Assembly: GCA_004297775.1 (NCBI GenBank)
Contig: SCUE01000007.1
Location: 258,861 to 322,860, forward strand
Direction of reading: 5' to 3'
DNA length: 64,000 nucleotides
Source: Chloroflexota bacterium
Lineage (GTDB): Bacteria; Chloroflexota; UBA6077; FW602-bin22
Part shown: piece after piece, positions 18,898-28,415 of the stretch
Numbering within the stretch: position 1 is the first letter of the stretch
How the letters are laid out: each line of letters begins with the position of its first letter
The notes under the pieces: model-generated
The model's database searches: none
What the model was told of the DNA's origin: nothing
What the model saw: only the letters and a program-made list of their open reading frames with translations
Translations under genes and position numbers: made by a program

Positions 18898-19590
18898 ATG
18901 AGCAAGCGCGCAATGGCGATCGTCGCGCACTGCGACGACATCGAATTCGGCTGCGCCGGCACGATCGCGACGTGGGTTCGCGATGGCTACGAGGTGATGT
19001 ACGTCATCTGCACCGACAGTTCGAAGGGCAGCGAGGACCCGAACATCGGCCGGGATCAACTGGTGGAGCTGCGTGAGGCCGAGCAGCGGGCGTCGGCGAA
19101 GATCGTCGGCGTTTCGGAGATCGTGTTTCTGCCGTACGCTGATGGCGACCTGCGCGATGACGACTCGCTGCGCAGGGATCTCTGCCGCTTGATCCGATCC
19201 TGGAAACCGGAGCGGGTCATCACCTTCGATCCGTCGATGCGCTGGTCCCCCGGCGGCTACGTCAACCATCCGGATCACATCGCGGTCGGAAATGCCGCGC
19301 TCACAGCCGTCTATCCATTTGCGAGGAACCGTCCGACCTATCCCGAGCTGCTTGCGGAGGGGCTCGAGCCGTTCACAGTCAGCGAGCTCTGGATGTACTC
19401 GTTCGGCGATCCCAATCGCTGGGTCGACATCTCGTCGACGATCGACCTCAAGATCGCGGCCCTCCGCGCCCACGCGAGCCAGATGAAGACATGGGACCCG
19501 GAACCGATGGTGCGCGCCTGGGCGAAGCGCGGCGGGGCGGGACAACTGATCGACGCCGCCGAGACTTTTCGGGTGCTGAAACTCGACTGA
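18898..19590 (+). CDS. PIG-L/LmbE family deacetylase
   Basis: 'AHCDDIEFG', 'NHPDH', 'AHASQ'. Confidence 0.9.
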   Translation: MSKRAMAIVAHCDDIEFGCAGTIATWVRDGYEVMYVICTDSSKGSEDPNIGRDQLVELREAEQRASAKIVGVSEIVFLPYADGDLRDDDSLRRDLCRLIRSWKPERVITFDPSMRWSPGGYVNHPDHIAVGNAALTAVYPFARNRPTYPELLAEGLEPFTVSELWMYSFGDPNRWVDISSTIDLKIAALRAHASQMKTWDPEPMVRAWAKRGGAGQLIDAAETFRVLKLD

Positions 19591-19600
19591 TCGGCCACGC

Positions 19601-20200
19601 GTGGATGAGAGGGGGCGAGCCTTCGGTTGCCTCGTCGAACACACCCAGCGATGCCGCCTCTGCGCAACGATGGACGGGCGGCGACGGGTCCTCTCCCGAC
19701 TCAACGGACCGATCGACGCGGCGGCGATCTTCGTGGCCGAGGCGCCGGGACGGCTCGGAGCGGACCGGACTGGTGTGCCGCTATCCGGCGATCAGACGGC
19801 CCGCAACTTCGACTGGCTGTTATCTCGAGCCGGCCTCACCCGCGACGACGTCTTCATCACGAACGCGGTGCTCTGTAATCCGCGCGACGCAGCCGGGAAC
19901 AATCGGCCGCCGACTCGGTCCGAAATCGCGCGCTGCCGCGAACATCTCGCCGCGACTCTCGCGATCGTAAGAGCTCCCCTCGTCGTCGCACTCGGATCGG
20001 CCGCGCTGACCGCGCTCGACGCGATCGAAGGCCACGATCTGCGCCTCGCGCGCGACGTGGGCCGCCCGGTCGCGTGGCAGGAGCGCCGGCTGGTCGCGCT
20101 CTACCATCCCGGACCGCGCGCGCGCGTCCATCGCCCGGTGAGCGATCAGGAAGCCGACTTCGAAGCTCTCGGAACTACAATTCGCGAAAGCGGTTGGTGA
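19601..20200 (+). CDS. Uracil-DNA glycosylase, family 4/5-like
   Basis: CxxC, 'AEAPG', 'TNAVLCNP', 'YHPG'. Confidence 0.88.
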   Translation: MDERGRAFGCLVEHTQRCRLCATMDGRRRVLSRLNGPIDAAAIFVAEAPGRLGADRTGVPLSGDQTARNFDWLLSRAGLTRDDVFITNAVLCNPRDAAGNNRPPTRSEIARCREHLAATLAIVRAPLVVALGSAALTALDAIEGHDLRLARDVGRPVAWQERRLVALYHPGPRARVHRPVSDQEADFEALGTTIRESGW

Positions 20201-20577
20201 TCAAGGGGATACCGTACCTACAGTTGGCGGTTGAACACTGGTCAATCGCGCTCGAGTTCTATCGCGATCTGCTCGGGTTGCCGATCGAACAGGTACTCGA
20301 ATCGGAGCAGTGGGTTGCGTTTGATCTGGCTGGGGCGAAGCTCGTGATTTACGGCGGCGGTATCGGATCGGATCGCCCGAAGGGATGGGATCGAAACGCC
20401 TTCATCCCGAACGTCGAATGCGATGAGATCGAGGCGACCGTCGCCGAACTGGTGCGCCGGGGCGTGCCCTTTGTCGCGCCGCTGGCGATTCGTCCCGACG
20501 GATACAAGGTAGCCACCTGCGTCGATCCGGAAGGCAATCGAATTCAACTCTTCGAGTGGACAAGGACTAATGAGTAA
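20197..20577 (+). CDS. VOC/glyoxalase family protein
   Basis: 'EFYRDLLGL', 'DPEGNRIQL'; GTGA overlap with the previous gene. Confidence 0.88.
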   Translation: MIKGIPYLQLAVEHWSIALEFYRDLLGLPIEQVLESEQWVAFDLAGAKLVIYGGGIGSDRPKGWDRNAFIPNVECDEIEATVAELVRRGVPFVAPLAIRPDGYKVATCVDPEGNRIQLFEWTRTNE

Positions 20578-21505
20578 CGACAGCCGCAACATCATCATTC
20601 TTGGCTCGGGGCCGGCTGGCCTGACGGCCGCGATCTACGCGTCGCGGGCGGCATTGGAGCCGCTTGTCATCGCGGGCGCACAGTCCGGCGGCCAACTCAT
20701 GCTGACCTCCGAGGTCGAGAACTACCCGGGCTTCCCGGAAGGCGTCGAAGGGCCGGAGCTGATGCGTCGGTTTCGCGAGCAGGCGGAGAAGTTCGGCGCC
20801 GAGTTCATCGACGACGACGCCGTTTCGGTCGATTTCCAGAAACGCCCGTTCGAAGTCACGACATCGGGCGGCACGCGCCGCGGCCAGGCGGTCATCATCG
20901 CGACCGGGGCATCGGCAATCTGGCTCGGTCTCGAATCGGAAACGCGTCTGCGCGGTCGAGGTGTTTCGAGTTGCGCCACCTGCGATGGATTCTTCTTCCG
21001 GGGCAAGGAACTGGTCGTCGTCGGAGGCGGCGACACCGCGATGGAAGAGGCGACCTTCCTGACGCGCTTCGCGACCAAAGTCACGATCGTGCATCGCCGC
21101 GACGCGCTTCGCGCGTCGAAGATCATGCAGGATCGCGCGATGAAGGATCCCAAGATCTCCTTCATCTGGGACAGCGAGATCGTCGAAGTCCTCGGCAAGG
21201 ACAGCGTCGAGGGAGTGAAACTTCGTAATGTTCGCACCGGCGCACGGCGCGACTTCGACACTGGCGGTGTCTTCCTGGCGATCGGCTACCGGCCGAACAC
21301 CGATTTCCTCACGGGCCAAATCGCCCTCAACGAGAAGGGGTACATCGTGCCACTTGCCGACACGGAGACGCAGACGAACATCCCCGGAGTCTTCGTGGCC
21401 GGTGACGTCGAGGACTTCCATTATCGTCAGGCCGTAACCGCGGCCGGCGCCGGTTGCAAAGCCGCGCTCGACGCCGAGCGGTATCTGGCGTCACTCGAAG
21501 ACTAA
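20570..21505 (+). CDS. trxB: Thioredoxin-disulfide reductase
   Basis: 'GSGPAG', 'CATCDG', 'GGGDTAMEEA', 'HRRD', 'YRQAVTAAG'. Confidence 0.97.
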   Translation: MSNDSRNIIILGSGPAGLTAAIYASRAALEPLVIAGAQSGGQLMLTSEVENYPGFPEGVEGPELMRRFREQAEKFGAEFIDDDAVSVDFQKRPFEVTTSGGTRRGQAVIIATGASAIWLGLESETRLRGRGVSSCATCDGFFFRGKELVVVGGGDTAMEEATFLTRFATKVTIVHRRDALRASKIMQDRAMKDPKISFIWDSEIVEVLGKDSVEGVKLRNVRTGARRDFDTGGVFLAIGYRPNTDFLTGQIALNEKGYIVPLADTETQTNIPGVFVAGDVEDFHYRQAVTAAGAGCKAALDAERYLASLED

Positions 21506-21549
21506 CTCGACATTCCTGGGGGCGCGGGCATCTTGCCCGCTATATCGAC

Positions 21550-21936
21550 TCATTCGGGCACGTAGGCGATCGCGTCGAACGACACCGGTGATCGCGCCGC
21601 CGGAACGGTAACGAGCGAACGTGCCGGTCGCGGCTCGTTTGCGAAATATTGCGTGTACACCTCGTTGATCGTCGCGAAATCGGCCATGTCGCGAATGTAG
21701 AGCGTCACCTTCAGCACCTGATCGAGTGACGACCCGCCAGCCTCGACGATCGCCTTGATGTTTTCGAGCGCGTTGCGCGTCGCGGCGCGGACGTCGCCTT
21801 CTGGCGCCGCGCCATGGGCAGGATTCGACGTCGGCACGGACGCGGTGAAAATGAGTCGATCCCACCGGACGCCCTGGCTGTACGGTCCGATCGGCGCGGC
21901 CGCGCGATTGGTCGAGATGGCAACTTTCTGGCTCAT
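21550..21936 (-). CDS. RidA/YjgF family protein
   Basis: 'APIGPYSQ', 'INEVY', 'PARS'. Confidence 0.9.
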   Translation of the reverse strand: MSQKVAISTNRAAAPIGPYSQGVRWDRLIFTASVPTSNPAHGAAPEGDVRAATRNALENIKAIVEAGGSSLDQVLKVTLYIRDMADFATINEVYTQYFANEPRPARSLVTVPAARSPVSFDAIAYVPE

Positions 21937-21938
21937 GA

Positions 21939-23006
21939 TTACCCCCGTAAATTCACGACGATCTTGAGCGTTTCGGCCTTGGCGGTTTCGAGCCTCAGGA
22001 ATCCATCTTCGACGACTCGATCGAGCCCAATGCGATGCGAAATGATCGCCTCGGCCCGGACGCGGCCGTCGCCGAGGAGGCGCACGGCGGCGCGGAAATC
22101 CTCGTCGTAGACGTGCGCCAGCGACCCAATCACCTCGATCTCGGGCGCAACGATCGCCTGGGTTACGTTGATCGGCGTGGGCGTCGAATTCAGGCCGATC
22201 ACGACCACGCGACCACCACGGCGGACCAGCGACGTCGCGTAGACCCAGGTGCCGGGACCGCCGGCGCATTCGATGACGACATCGGGTCCAACTCCGCCGG
22301 TCACACGTCGTAATTCATCGGCCACGTCATCAAGCGTCGGGTCGAGGACCGCCGACGCGCCCAACTGGCGAGCCAGTTCCTTCCGCGCCGGTGAGCGCTC
22401 GACGACGAACACCTCGCCGGCGCCACCGGCGCGAGCCGCCTGCATCGCCAGGAGGCCCACCGCGCCAGCCCCAACGATGGCAACGCTCTCGCCCAGCGCC
22501 ATGCGCGACCGGCGGACCGCTCGCACCGCCACCGCCAGCGGCTCGGCCAACGCCGCGCCGGCATCACTGACGCCCTCCGGCGCGCGTTCGCACATCGCGG
22601 CCGGAACCGCGCAGTACTCGGCCAACCCGCCGTCGCCGGCCAGGCCGAGCGCGGCCATGTGCTCGCAAAGATGCACCTGATGGCGACGGCACCAGTAGCA
22701 GGCGCCACAGTACAGCACGACATCCGGCGCGACTCGATCGCCAATCGCGAAGCTCCGCACGTTGCGGCCCACGGCGACGACCTCGCCGGCGAATTCGTGA
22801 CCCATGATCACGGGGGCCTTCTTGCCGGTCAGAGGGTTTGGTTCCGCGACCGGCACCCAGATCGGACCCTCGCGATACTCCTCCAGATCGGTGCCGCAGA
22901 TGCCGCAGTAAGCGACGCGAATGACCACATCGTCAGGGCCAGGTGTCGGGTCCGGGACCGTCTCGACACGGATGTCGTCGCGCGCGTGCCATCGAGCCGC
23001 TTTCAC
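21939..23006 (-). CDS. Zn-dependent dehydrogenase (2,3-butanediol/sorbitol DH-like)
   Basis: 'GICGTD', 'GHEF', four-Cys structural Zn site, 'GAGAVG'. Confidence 0.92.
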   Translation of the reverse strand: MKAARWHARDDIRVETVPDPTPGPDDVVIRVAYCGICGTDLEEYREGPIWVPVAEPNPLTGKKAPVIMGHEFAGEVVAVGRNVRSFAIGDRVAPDVVLYCGACYWCRRHQVHLCEHMAALGLAGDGGLAEYCAVPAAMCERAPEGVSDAGAALAEPLAVAVRAVRRSRMALGESVAIVGAGAVGLLAMQAARAGGAGEVFVVERSPARKELARQLGASAVLDPTLDDVADELRRVTGGVGPDVVIECAGGPGTWVYATSLVRRGGRVVVIGLNSTPTPINVTQAIVAPEIEVIGSLAHVYDEDFRAAVRLLGDGRVRAEAIISHRIGLDRVVEDGFLRLETAKAETLKIVVNLRG

Positions 23007-23147
23007 CGAGTCCTCCGGCCCGACAGGATATCAGTCCTCAGCTTGATTTCGGCGACCGTCGAGGCGGGTCTGCCGTGCCTGTTCGTGCCACGGCCCGTGG
23101 CAGTTCTCTGGCCGGTGGTCAGAGTTCTGGCGCGGCGCGACAGGGAA

Positions 23148-23966
23148 TCAGTCTCGGCGGAAGATCCTTGTCAACCAGGACCAGGTCGACGCGGACTCGG
23201 GCGGCGCGGCGAGCGCGCGCAATTGGTCGGTCGTCGACTTCAACTGTGCCTGTGAGTATCCGAGTTGCATCGCGAGCTTCATGCGTTCGTCCTGAAGCCG
23301 CTCGATCTCGGAGATCGCCTGCTCCAATCGAGCGCTCAGGGCGCCGATCGCAGTCGTGGCCACTTCGACGGTCGCCTTCGAATGCGCGATCTCGATTGCG
23401 AGATCGTCCTGGACAGCCAGCGGTCCCGGCAATGCGTCAGCCGAATCGGCGCCATCGTCGTCGCCAGCGGCCAGAATTGCGCCCAGTACCGAAGTCAGCT
23501 GGTTGACTTCAGCTTCGGTCGCTTCTGACTCCGGCCGAGCAGCCTCGACCGTGCGGCGCGCCGCGACCTCCGGGTTCACAGTTACCGCATCCAACTCCGG
23601 CGCGCCCTCACGGGGCACAATCGGCGATTCCGACGCTTCTCCCGCCCGGGAATTCCCCGCGAGCGCCTGCTCGCCTCGGCCAGACGCCACGACAGAGGCC
23701 TGCACCGCGCCGGCGATCGGGCCGAGCCGACCACCGAACTCATCGGCCGGAATGTCGATCGGTGACTTGATTTCCTTGTGACCGTGGCCGTTCCCGTTGC
23801 CGTGGGCATCCTCGGCCGCCGCGACATTCAACAGCGAACTCAGGTCGATCAGCCAGTCGTCGCCGGCCCGTTCGGCGTCGACACGCCCGGCCAGAATCCA
23901 TTTTTCGATCGTCTCCGGACTACGCCCGGTCGCGAGGACGGCATCCTCGACGATCAGTCTTGCCAT
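23148..23966 (-). CDS. HTH_17/excisionase-like DNA-binding protein with coiled coil and C-terminal amphipathic helix
   Basis: 'VEDAVLATGRSPETIEKWILAGRVDAER..WLID'; heptads near the C-terminus; 'WSWLTRIFRRD'. Confidence 0.7.
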   Translation of the reverse strand: MARLIVEDAVLATGRSPETIEKWILAGRVDAERAGDDWLIDLSSLLNVAAAEDAHGNGNGHGHKEIKSPIDIPADEFGGRLGPIAGAVQASVVASGRGEQALAGNSRAGEASESPIVPREGAPELDAVTVNPEVAARRTVEAARPESEATEAEVNQLTSVLGAILAAGDDDGADSADALPGPLAVQDDLAIEIAHSKATVEVATTAIGALSARLEQAISEIERLQDERMKLAMQLGYSQAQLKSTTDQLRALAAPPESASTWSWLTRIFRRD

Positions 23967-24034
23967 AACGTCGGAATGATAGGGGACGGCCGGCTTAAAT
24001 CCTTGTAAGAAGGCCCCCGTATAATCGGATCGGG

Positions 24035-24769
24035 ATGTCCGTAGGCGCGGCCGAGCGCCGGATTCTGATCGTGGATGACGAGCCAAACCTCGTCGACGCG
24101 GTCCGGATCTGGCTCGAGATGGAAGGCTTTCTCGTCGTCTCGGCAATCACCGGCCGCGAGGCGTTGGAGAAGGTCCGCGACCTGCTACCCGATCTGATCA
24201 TCCTCGACGTGATGATGCCGGGTATGGACGGGTTCGAGACCCTGCGCGAACTGCGCAAGATCTCATCCGTTCCGGTCATTATGTTGACCGCCCGCGCGGA
24301 AGAGGATGACCGGGTCCGCGGACTCAAGCTGGGCGCCGATGATTACGTCGCAAAGCCTTTCTCGCAGCGTGAGCTCGCGTCGCGCGTTCAGGCGGTCCTC
24401 CGGCGGGCCGAGGCGCCGCCGCTGATCGCGAAGACCGACGTGCGCGTCGATGACGATCTCACGATCGATTTCAGTCGCGCCGAGGTACATCTACGCGGCG
24501 AGCGAGTGCAGCTCACGCCGACCGAGTACCGCCTCCTCTACCACCTGGCCAGCAATCCCGGACGCGTGCTGCCCAACGAGTCGATCCTGGCCAAGGTCTG
24601 GGGAATGGAGTACCGCGAAGAGGAACACTACGTCCGCCTTTACGTGAACTACCTCCGCCAGAAGATCGAGCCGGACCCATCTCATCCGAAGTATGTTCTG
24701 ACCGAGCGAGGTCTCGGCTATCGGTTCGTCGATTTTCGTCAGCCGGGCCGCGCGGCGGGTCGCCGGTGA
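24035..24769 (+). CDS. OmpR-family response regulator
   Basis: 'VDDE', 'LDVMMP', '[10 protein letters not shown]', winged helix 'LTPTEY...TERGLGY'. Confidence 0.96.
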   Translation: MSVGAAERRILIVDDEPNLVDAVRIWLEMEGFLVVSAITGREALEKVRDLLPDLIILDVMMPGMDGFETLRELRKISSVPVIMLTARAEEDDRVRGLKLGADDYVAKPFSQRELASRVQAVLRRAEAPPLIAKTDVRVDDDLTIDFSRAEVHLRGERVQLTPTEYRLLYHLASNPGRVLPNESILAKVWGMEYREEEHYVRLYVNYLRQKIEPDPSHPKYVLTERGLGYRFVDFRQPGRAAGRR

Positions 24770-26502
24770 GCGCCGACCTCGAAATCCCCGCCTATCTCGA
24801 GCACGCGCTGGCTGGCCTGCGAGACGCGTCCGAGGTCGGCCCGACACTGAACGGACTGCTCTCGGCCGTGCGCGGCTTGCTCTCGGCCGAGAGTGCCTAC
24901 ATCCTGCGCCGGCAGGGCAATGCACTGGCGCTCATGGCGGCCGACCCCCCGTCTGACACCACGGTGGCGCCGGCCGCGATCGCGGATGGCGGTTCGGAGG
25001 CGCGCGCGGTCACGACCGGGTTGACGGTGATCGATCGCGCGGCCCGATCACCCTTCGTGCCGCGTCCCGAGCTGGCTCTGGTTGCCACGCCGATCATCGT
25101 TCGTGGCGAAACGCTCGGCGTCCTGGCCGCCACCCGGCCGAGCCTGTTCGTGCCGAGCGAGGTGCGCTGGCTGCGCATCCTGGCGCAGGTGGGCGGAATC
25201 GCCCTGGAGAACGCGCGTCTGCTCGAGGCGGAGCGCCGGCGCGCGCGCTACGGCGAGACCGTCGGCGCCCTGGCCACGATCGAGCGAGTCGACGTCGGCC
25301 CATTCTGTCAGCGCATGGCCGCCGTCATCAATGACGTGATGAACGCCGACCTGACCGACGTGATGCTCAGCCGGTCGTCCGTCCCGGCCGCGACTGGCCG
25401 CGGCGCGACCCCGGCCGGCGACCGAAGTGAACTTATTCGGCTCGGCGAGGCGCGGCGTGAGGACGTGTCGATCGCAACGGGCCTTGAAAGTATCGATGTG
25501 ATGCGGGGCGGCGCGTTCGCGGCCTCGTACCTGACCAGCGCGCCCTACCGATGCGCCGATGCACGGGAGAACCCGAAGGCGCCGGCGGCGCTTCGCAACG
25601 TCGGCATTCGCTCGATTCTGGCCGTTCCGATCCCGGGCGACGATCTGGCCCAGGGTCTGCTGATCGTCGCGAGTCGGCAGCCGTCGGCCTTCGACGCGGA
25701 CGACGCGGCCTTCCTTCGGCTGATCGCCGAACGGGTCGGCCTGCTCTTGCGCCACGCCGAGGTCGAGCGCGAACGCGCCCGCACGTCCGCGCGCCAGGAG
25801 TTTCTGACGGTCGTTTCCCACGAGTTGAAGACACCGGTCGCGGTCATCAAGGCCTATACCGAAGTGCTGGAGAGACGCGGCGAGGTTGCCCGGTGGGCCG
25901 ATCGCGATCGCCAGATCGTCGATCGCATCCAGGATCAGGCCGATCGCATGCTGGCCATGATCGAGCAGTTACTCGATCTCCAGCGGCTGGAGGCTGGACG
26001 CCTCACGCTCGACCTATCGCGTTTCGAACTCGGAGATCTCGTGCGCCGTTCGATCGAAGCCATCCAGGCCACGACCACTCGGCACACGTTCGTCACGCAC
26101 GTGGACGAAGGCGTCTCGGTACGAGCCGATCGGCGGCGCATGGAGGAGGTCTTGACGAACCTGCTTGATAACGCCGTGAAGTACGCGCCCGGTGGCGGCT
26201 CGATCGCGGTGGAACTACGCCGTGAGAACTCGGACTCGATCTTGCTCAGCGTCGCCGACCAGGGCATCGGTATCGCGTCGGAGGACATCGAGCGAGTCTT
26301 CGATCGTTTCTATCAGGTCGGCGCGGGAACGTTCAGCCGCGGTCACGTTGGCCTCGGCCTGGGCCTCTACATCGTCCACGAAATCATCGAGCGGCACGGT
26401 GGCCGCGTGTGGGTCGAGTCGTCGCCCGGGCACGGATCGACGTTCTTCGCCCGACTACCGGTCGAGGCCGGGGTGATCGACGAGGTCACCGACGCGGCCT
26501 GA
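24766..26502 (+). CDS. Cytoplasmic GAF-GAF histidine kinase
   Basis: H-box 'SHELKTP', 'NLLDNAVKY', 'DQGIGI', 'GLGLGL'; two GAF-like segments; no TM helix. Confidence 0.93.
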   Translation: MSADLEIPAYLEHALAGLRDASEVGPTLNGLLSAVRGLLSAESAYILRRQGNALALMAADPPSDTTVAPAAIADGGSEARAVTTGLTVIDRAARSPFVPRPELALVATPIIVRGETLGVLAATRPSLFVPSEVRWLRILAQVGGIALENARLLEAERRRARYGETVGALATIERVDVGPFCQRMAAVINDVMNADLTDVMLSRSSVPAATGRGATPAGDRSELIRLGEARREDVSIATGLESIDVMRGGAFAASYLTSAPYRCADARENPKAPAALRNVGIRSILAVPIPGDDLAQGLLIVASRQPSAFDADDAAFLRLIAERVGLLLRHAEVERERARTSARQEFLTVVSHELKTPVAVIKAYTEVLERRGEVARWADRDRQIVDRIQDQADRMLAMIEQLLDLQRLEAGRLTLDLSRFELGDLVRRSIEAIQATTTRHTFVTHVDEGVSVRADRRRMEEVLTNLLDNAVKYAPGGGSIAVELRRENSDSILLSVADQGIGIASEDIERVFDRFYQVGAGTFSRGHVGLGLGLYIVHEIIERHGGRVWVESSPGHGSTFFARLPVEAGVIDEVTDAA

Positions 26503-26510
26503 CTGGATCG

Positions 26511-26551
26511 GGCCGCCGGCGGGTGAAGACTCCGACACCCTCCCGGCGGCC
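26511..26551. terminator. GC-rich hairpin between convergent genes
   Basis: GGCCGCCGG/CCGGCGGCC plus inner GGGTG/CACCC. Confidence 0.6.
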
Positions 26552-26566
26552 AACCAAGATCGGGAA

Positions 26567-27007
26567 CTACGCCGCGCTTGAGAGTACCTTGATCATGCGC
26601 GGGCGTGCCTCCGGCGATTTCGGAAGGACGATCGTCAGAACGCCGTTCTCGTACGTGACGCGCGCGTCGTCGGTATTGAAGGCCAGCGGTAGCGCCACGT
26701 CGCGGCGGAACTTCATGTGCCCGAACTCGGACCAGATGGCCTTCGCATCCTCGGGGACGGCCACCTTCACGTCACCGGAGATGGTCAGGTAACCACCTGG
26801 CTGGGCCGTCACCTGAATGTGTTCGGCGGTCGAGCCTGGAATCAATGCCTGCACGCGGTAGGCTTCGCCGTCCTCGAACACGTTGATGGGCCACGACACC
26901 GAGTCGCGACTCCACTGGGCGTCGATCGGCGCACTAAACGACGTTTCGAACAGACGATCGAAGGCATCACGAAGGGTTCCGTAGGGTCGGGGCTGCAAAC
27001 TCAGCAC
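26567..27007 (-). CDS. Hsp20/alpha-crystallin small heat shock protein
   Basis: 'FRRDVALP', 'YENGVLTIVLPK'; RBS GAGGAGG before GTG 27007. Confidence 0.93.
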   Translation of the reverse strand: MLSLQPRPYGTLRDAFDRLFETSFSAPIDAQWSRDSVSWPINVFEDGEAYRVQALIPGSTAEHIQVTAQPGGYLTISGDVKVAVPEDAKAIWSEFGHMKFRRDVALPLAFNTDDARVTYENGVLTIVLPKSPEARPRMIKVLSSAA

Positions 27008-27039
27008 GGCACATACCTCCTCATTGCGATGATGTATGT

Positions 27040-27069
27040 AATCTACCACGCTTCGTGGCACATAGTCAA
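27040..27069 (-). promoter_or_regulatory. Sigma70/SigA-type promoter of hsp20
   Basis: TTGACT-N18-TAGATT with extended TG; CCACG-N3-CGTGG inverted repeat in the spacer. Confidence 0.65.
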
Positions 27070-27090
27070 CCGTGGAATGTAAGAGTTTTG

Positions 27091-27711
27091 TTAGTCCGGA
27101 ACGAGCTCGGGGCCGCGATCCTTGTGCGCCGAGACGAACGCGCGGATGCGCACGGCGTCGAAATCGTCGAATCCGTCCAGCCATCCCCAGGCCGTCAACG
27201 TGATGCGATTCGCGACGCCAGCGTTGACGCGCGGCGCCAGGAGAACCTTCGAGCGATAGCTACCGACCAGGTCCTTCAATTGGCCAACGACCTCGGGGCA
27301 ACCCGAGGGACAGTTGTACTGAATGACTACCCCGCCATGCTCCAGGTTGTGAACGAGCTGCTCGTCCGGGAGTTCCTGCTCGTGAATGCCCCAGCGGGCC
27401 CAATCGCCGAAATGTGGACCACTCGTCGGCGGATTCGAGTTGTACGGCGCATGCGAGTCGCCACGGTTGATGTGATCTCGCCCCTGGTCGGCGTAGCTCG
27501 TCCCCTGGGCGCCGGCCGACCCGCCGGCGATCAAAGCGCTCAACGGACCGGCGGCTAGAGCGACCAACACGACGGCGATCGCCGCGACAACCCCCCAGGT
27601 GACGAGGCGGCGCGTCGCGGTTCTGCGCGCCTCCTCCTGTTGCCTTGTCCGATCCTCAGTACGCCGCTGTTCGCGTCGCTCCTTCTTGGACGGTCGAGCC
27701 TCGCCACTCAT
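27091..27711 (-). CDS. DUF3105 domain membrane-anchored protein
   Basis: 'YNSNPPTSGPH', 'VHNLEHGGVVIQY', 'LTAWG', 'GPE'. Confidence 0.9.
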   Translation of the reverse strand: MSGEARPSKKERREQRRTEDRTRQQEEARRTATRRLVTWGVVAAIAVVLVALAAGPLSALIAGGSAGAQGTSYADQGRDHINRGDSHAPYNSNPPTSGPHFGDWARWGIHEQELPDEQLVHNLEHGGVVIQYNCPSGCPEVVGQLKDLVGSYRSKVLLAPRVNAGVANRITLTAWGWLDGFDDFDAVRIRAFVSAHKDRGPELVPD

Positions 27712-28142
27712 TTCACAGTCTCCCAATCGTGTTCGCCATCGTGGCTTCCGACCATGCACAGGCAGACGTTGCCACGGGCATCGCGCGCGGTGACGAGCTT
27801 CGCACCGACCGCGCCGGCGGTTCCAGGCCGCGGCGGCGACGGACGAACTCGCGTCGAGTGCCGACACCAGATGGTACGCGGCCATACGCGTGGCACGATC
27901 TGGAAGCCGCGCGGCACCGCGATCTCGTCGACGAGGTCGCGAGCCAGACCGAGGACGCGAAGAATCTCATTCCCGTCGGTCTTCACCACGAGGGTGCCAT
28001 CCTCGGACTGCACCGGCGCGTCGGTGATGGTGTCGATTTCGAGCGGCACGTTGGGGAGGCGCTGAGCCAGCGCGGCCACGATATCGCGACACAGCGCCGC
28101 GGTCTGTTGTCGCCGATGAATACGTTCGGCCGGGTCTGTCAC
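27708..28142 (-). CDS. Hypothetical protein with Cys/His-rich C-terminus
   Basis: ATGA coupling to the DUF3105 gene; globular composition. Confidence 0.65.
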   Translation of the reverse strand: MTDPAERIHRRQQTAALCRDIVAALAQRLPNVPLEIDTITDAPVQSEDGTLVVKTDGNEILRVLGLARDLVDEIAVPRGFQIVPRVWPRTIWCRHSTRVRPSPPRPGTAGAVGAKLVTARDARGNVCLCMVGSHDGEHDWETVK

Positions 28143-28172
28143 GATCTCATCCCGATCCGCGCGAATGCCGAA

Positions 28173-28370
28173 GCGACCGAGGTCATCCCGCGGCCGGCAT
28201 CGGTGCCTCTACCGTCCTGTCCGCGGCCTGTGGCCCGGTTAGCCACCTCGCGGACTCTGAAGCCCTTACACGCGCGTCGTAGCGGTGGTCGCCAAACCAT
28301 CTGACCCGATCCGCCGAGGGCGCCGATTCGGTAGAAAATTCGGTCAGGACCTACCCCGACCTCGCGTCGC
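28173..28370 (-). ncRNA. Candidate ~200-nt structured RNA (6S-like or cis leader)
   Basis: Extended -10 TGGTATAAT at 28373-28381; terminal pairing CGAGGTC/GACCTCG; TCTACCG/CGGTAGA; GTCCGCG/CGCGGAC hairpin. Confidence 0.45.
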
Positions 28371-28415
28371 CGATTATACCATCGGTCGGAGCACGATCCC
28401 GGCAGCGGAGTTCCG

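Noticed and set aside
23078-23093. Sigma54 promoter upstream of the Zn dehydrogenase
   Set aside because: TGGCACG is present but the GG-to-GC spacing is 9, not 10, and TTGC is missing
23850-23966. Prophage or ICE excisionase
   Set aside because: No integrase, att repeats or phage genes nearby; the HTH is part of a 272-aa protein
28173-28370. SRP RNA, or a lysine, Moco or c-di-GMP riboswitch
   Set aside because: Only short fragments match (e.g. GUCAGGACC without GGAAGG.AGCAGC); the core motifs are absent
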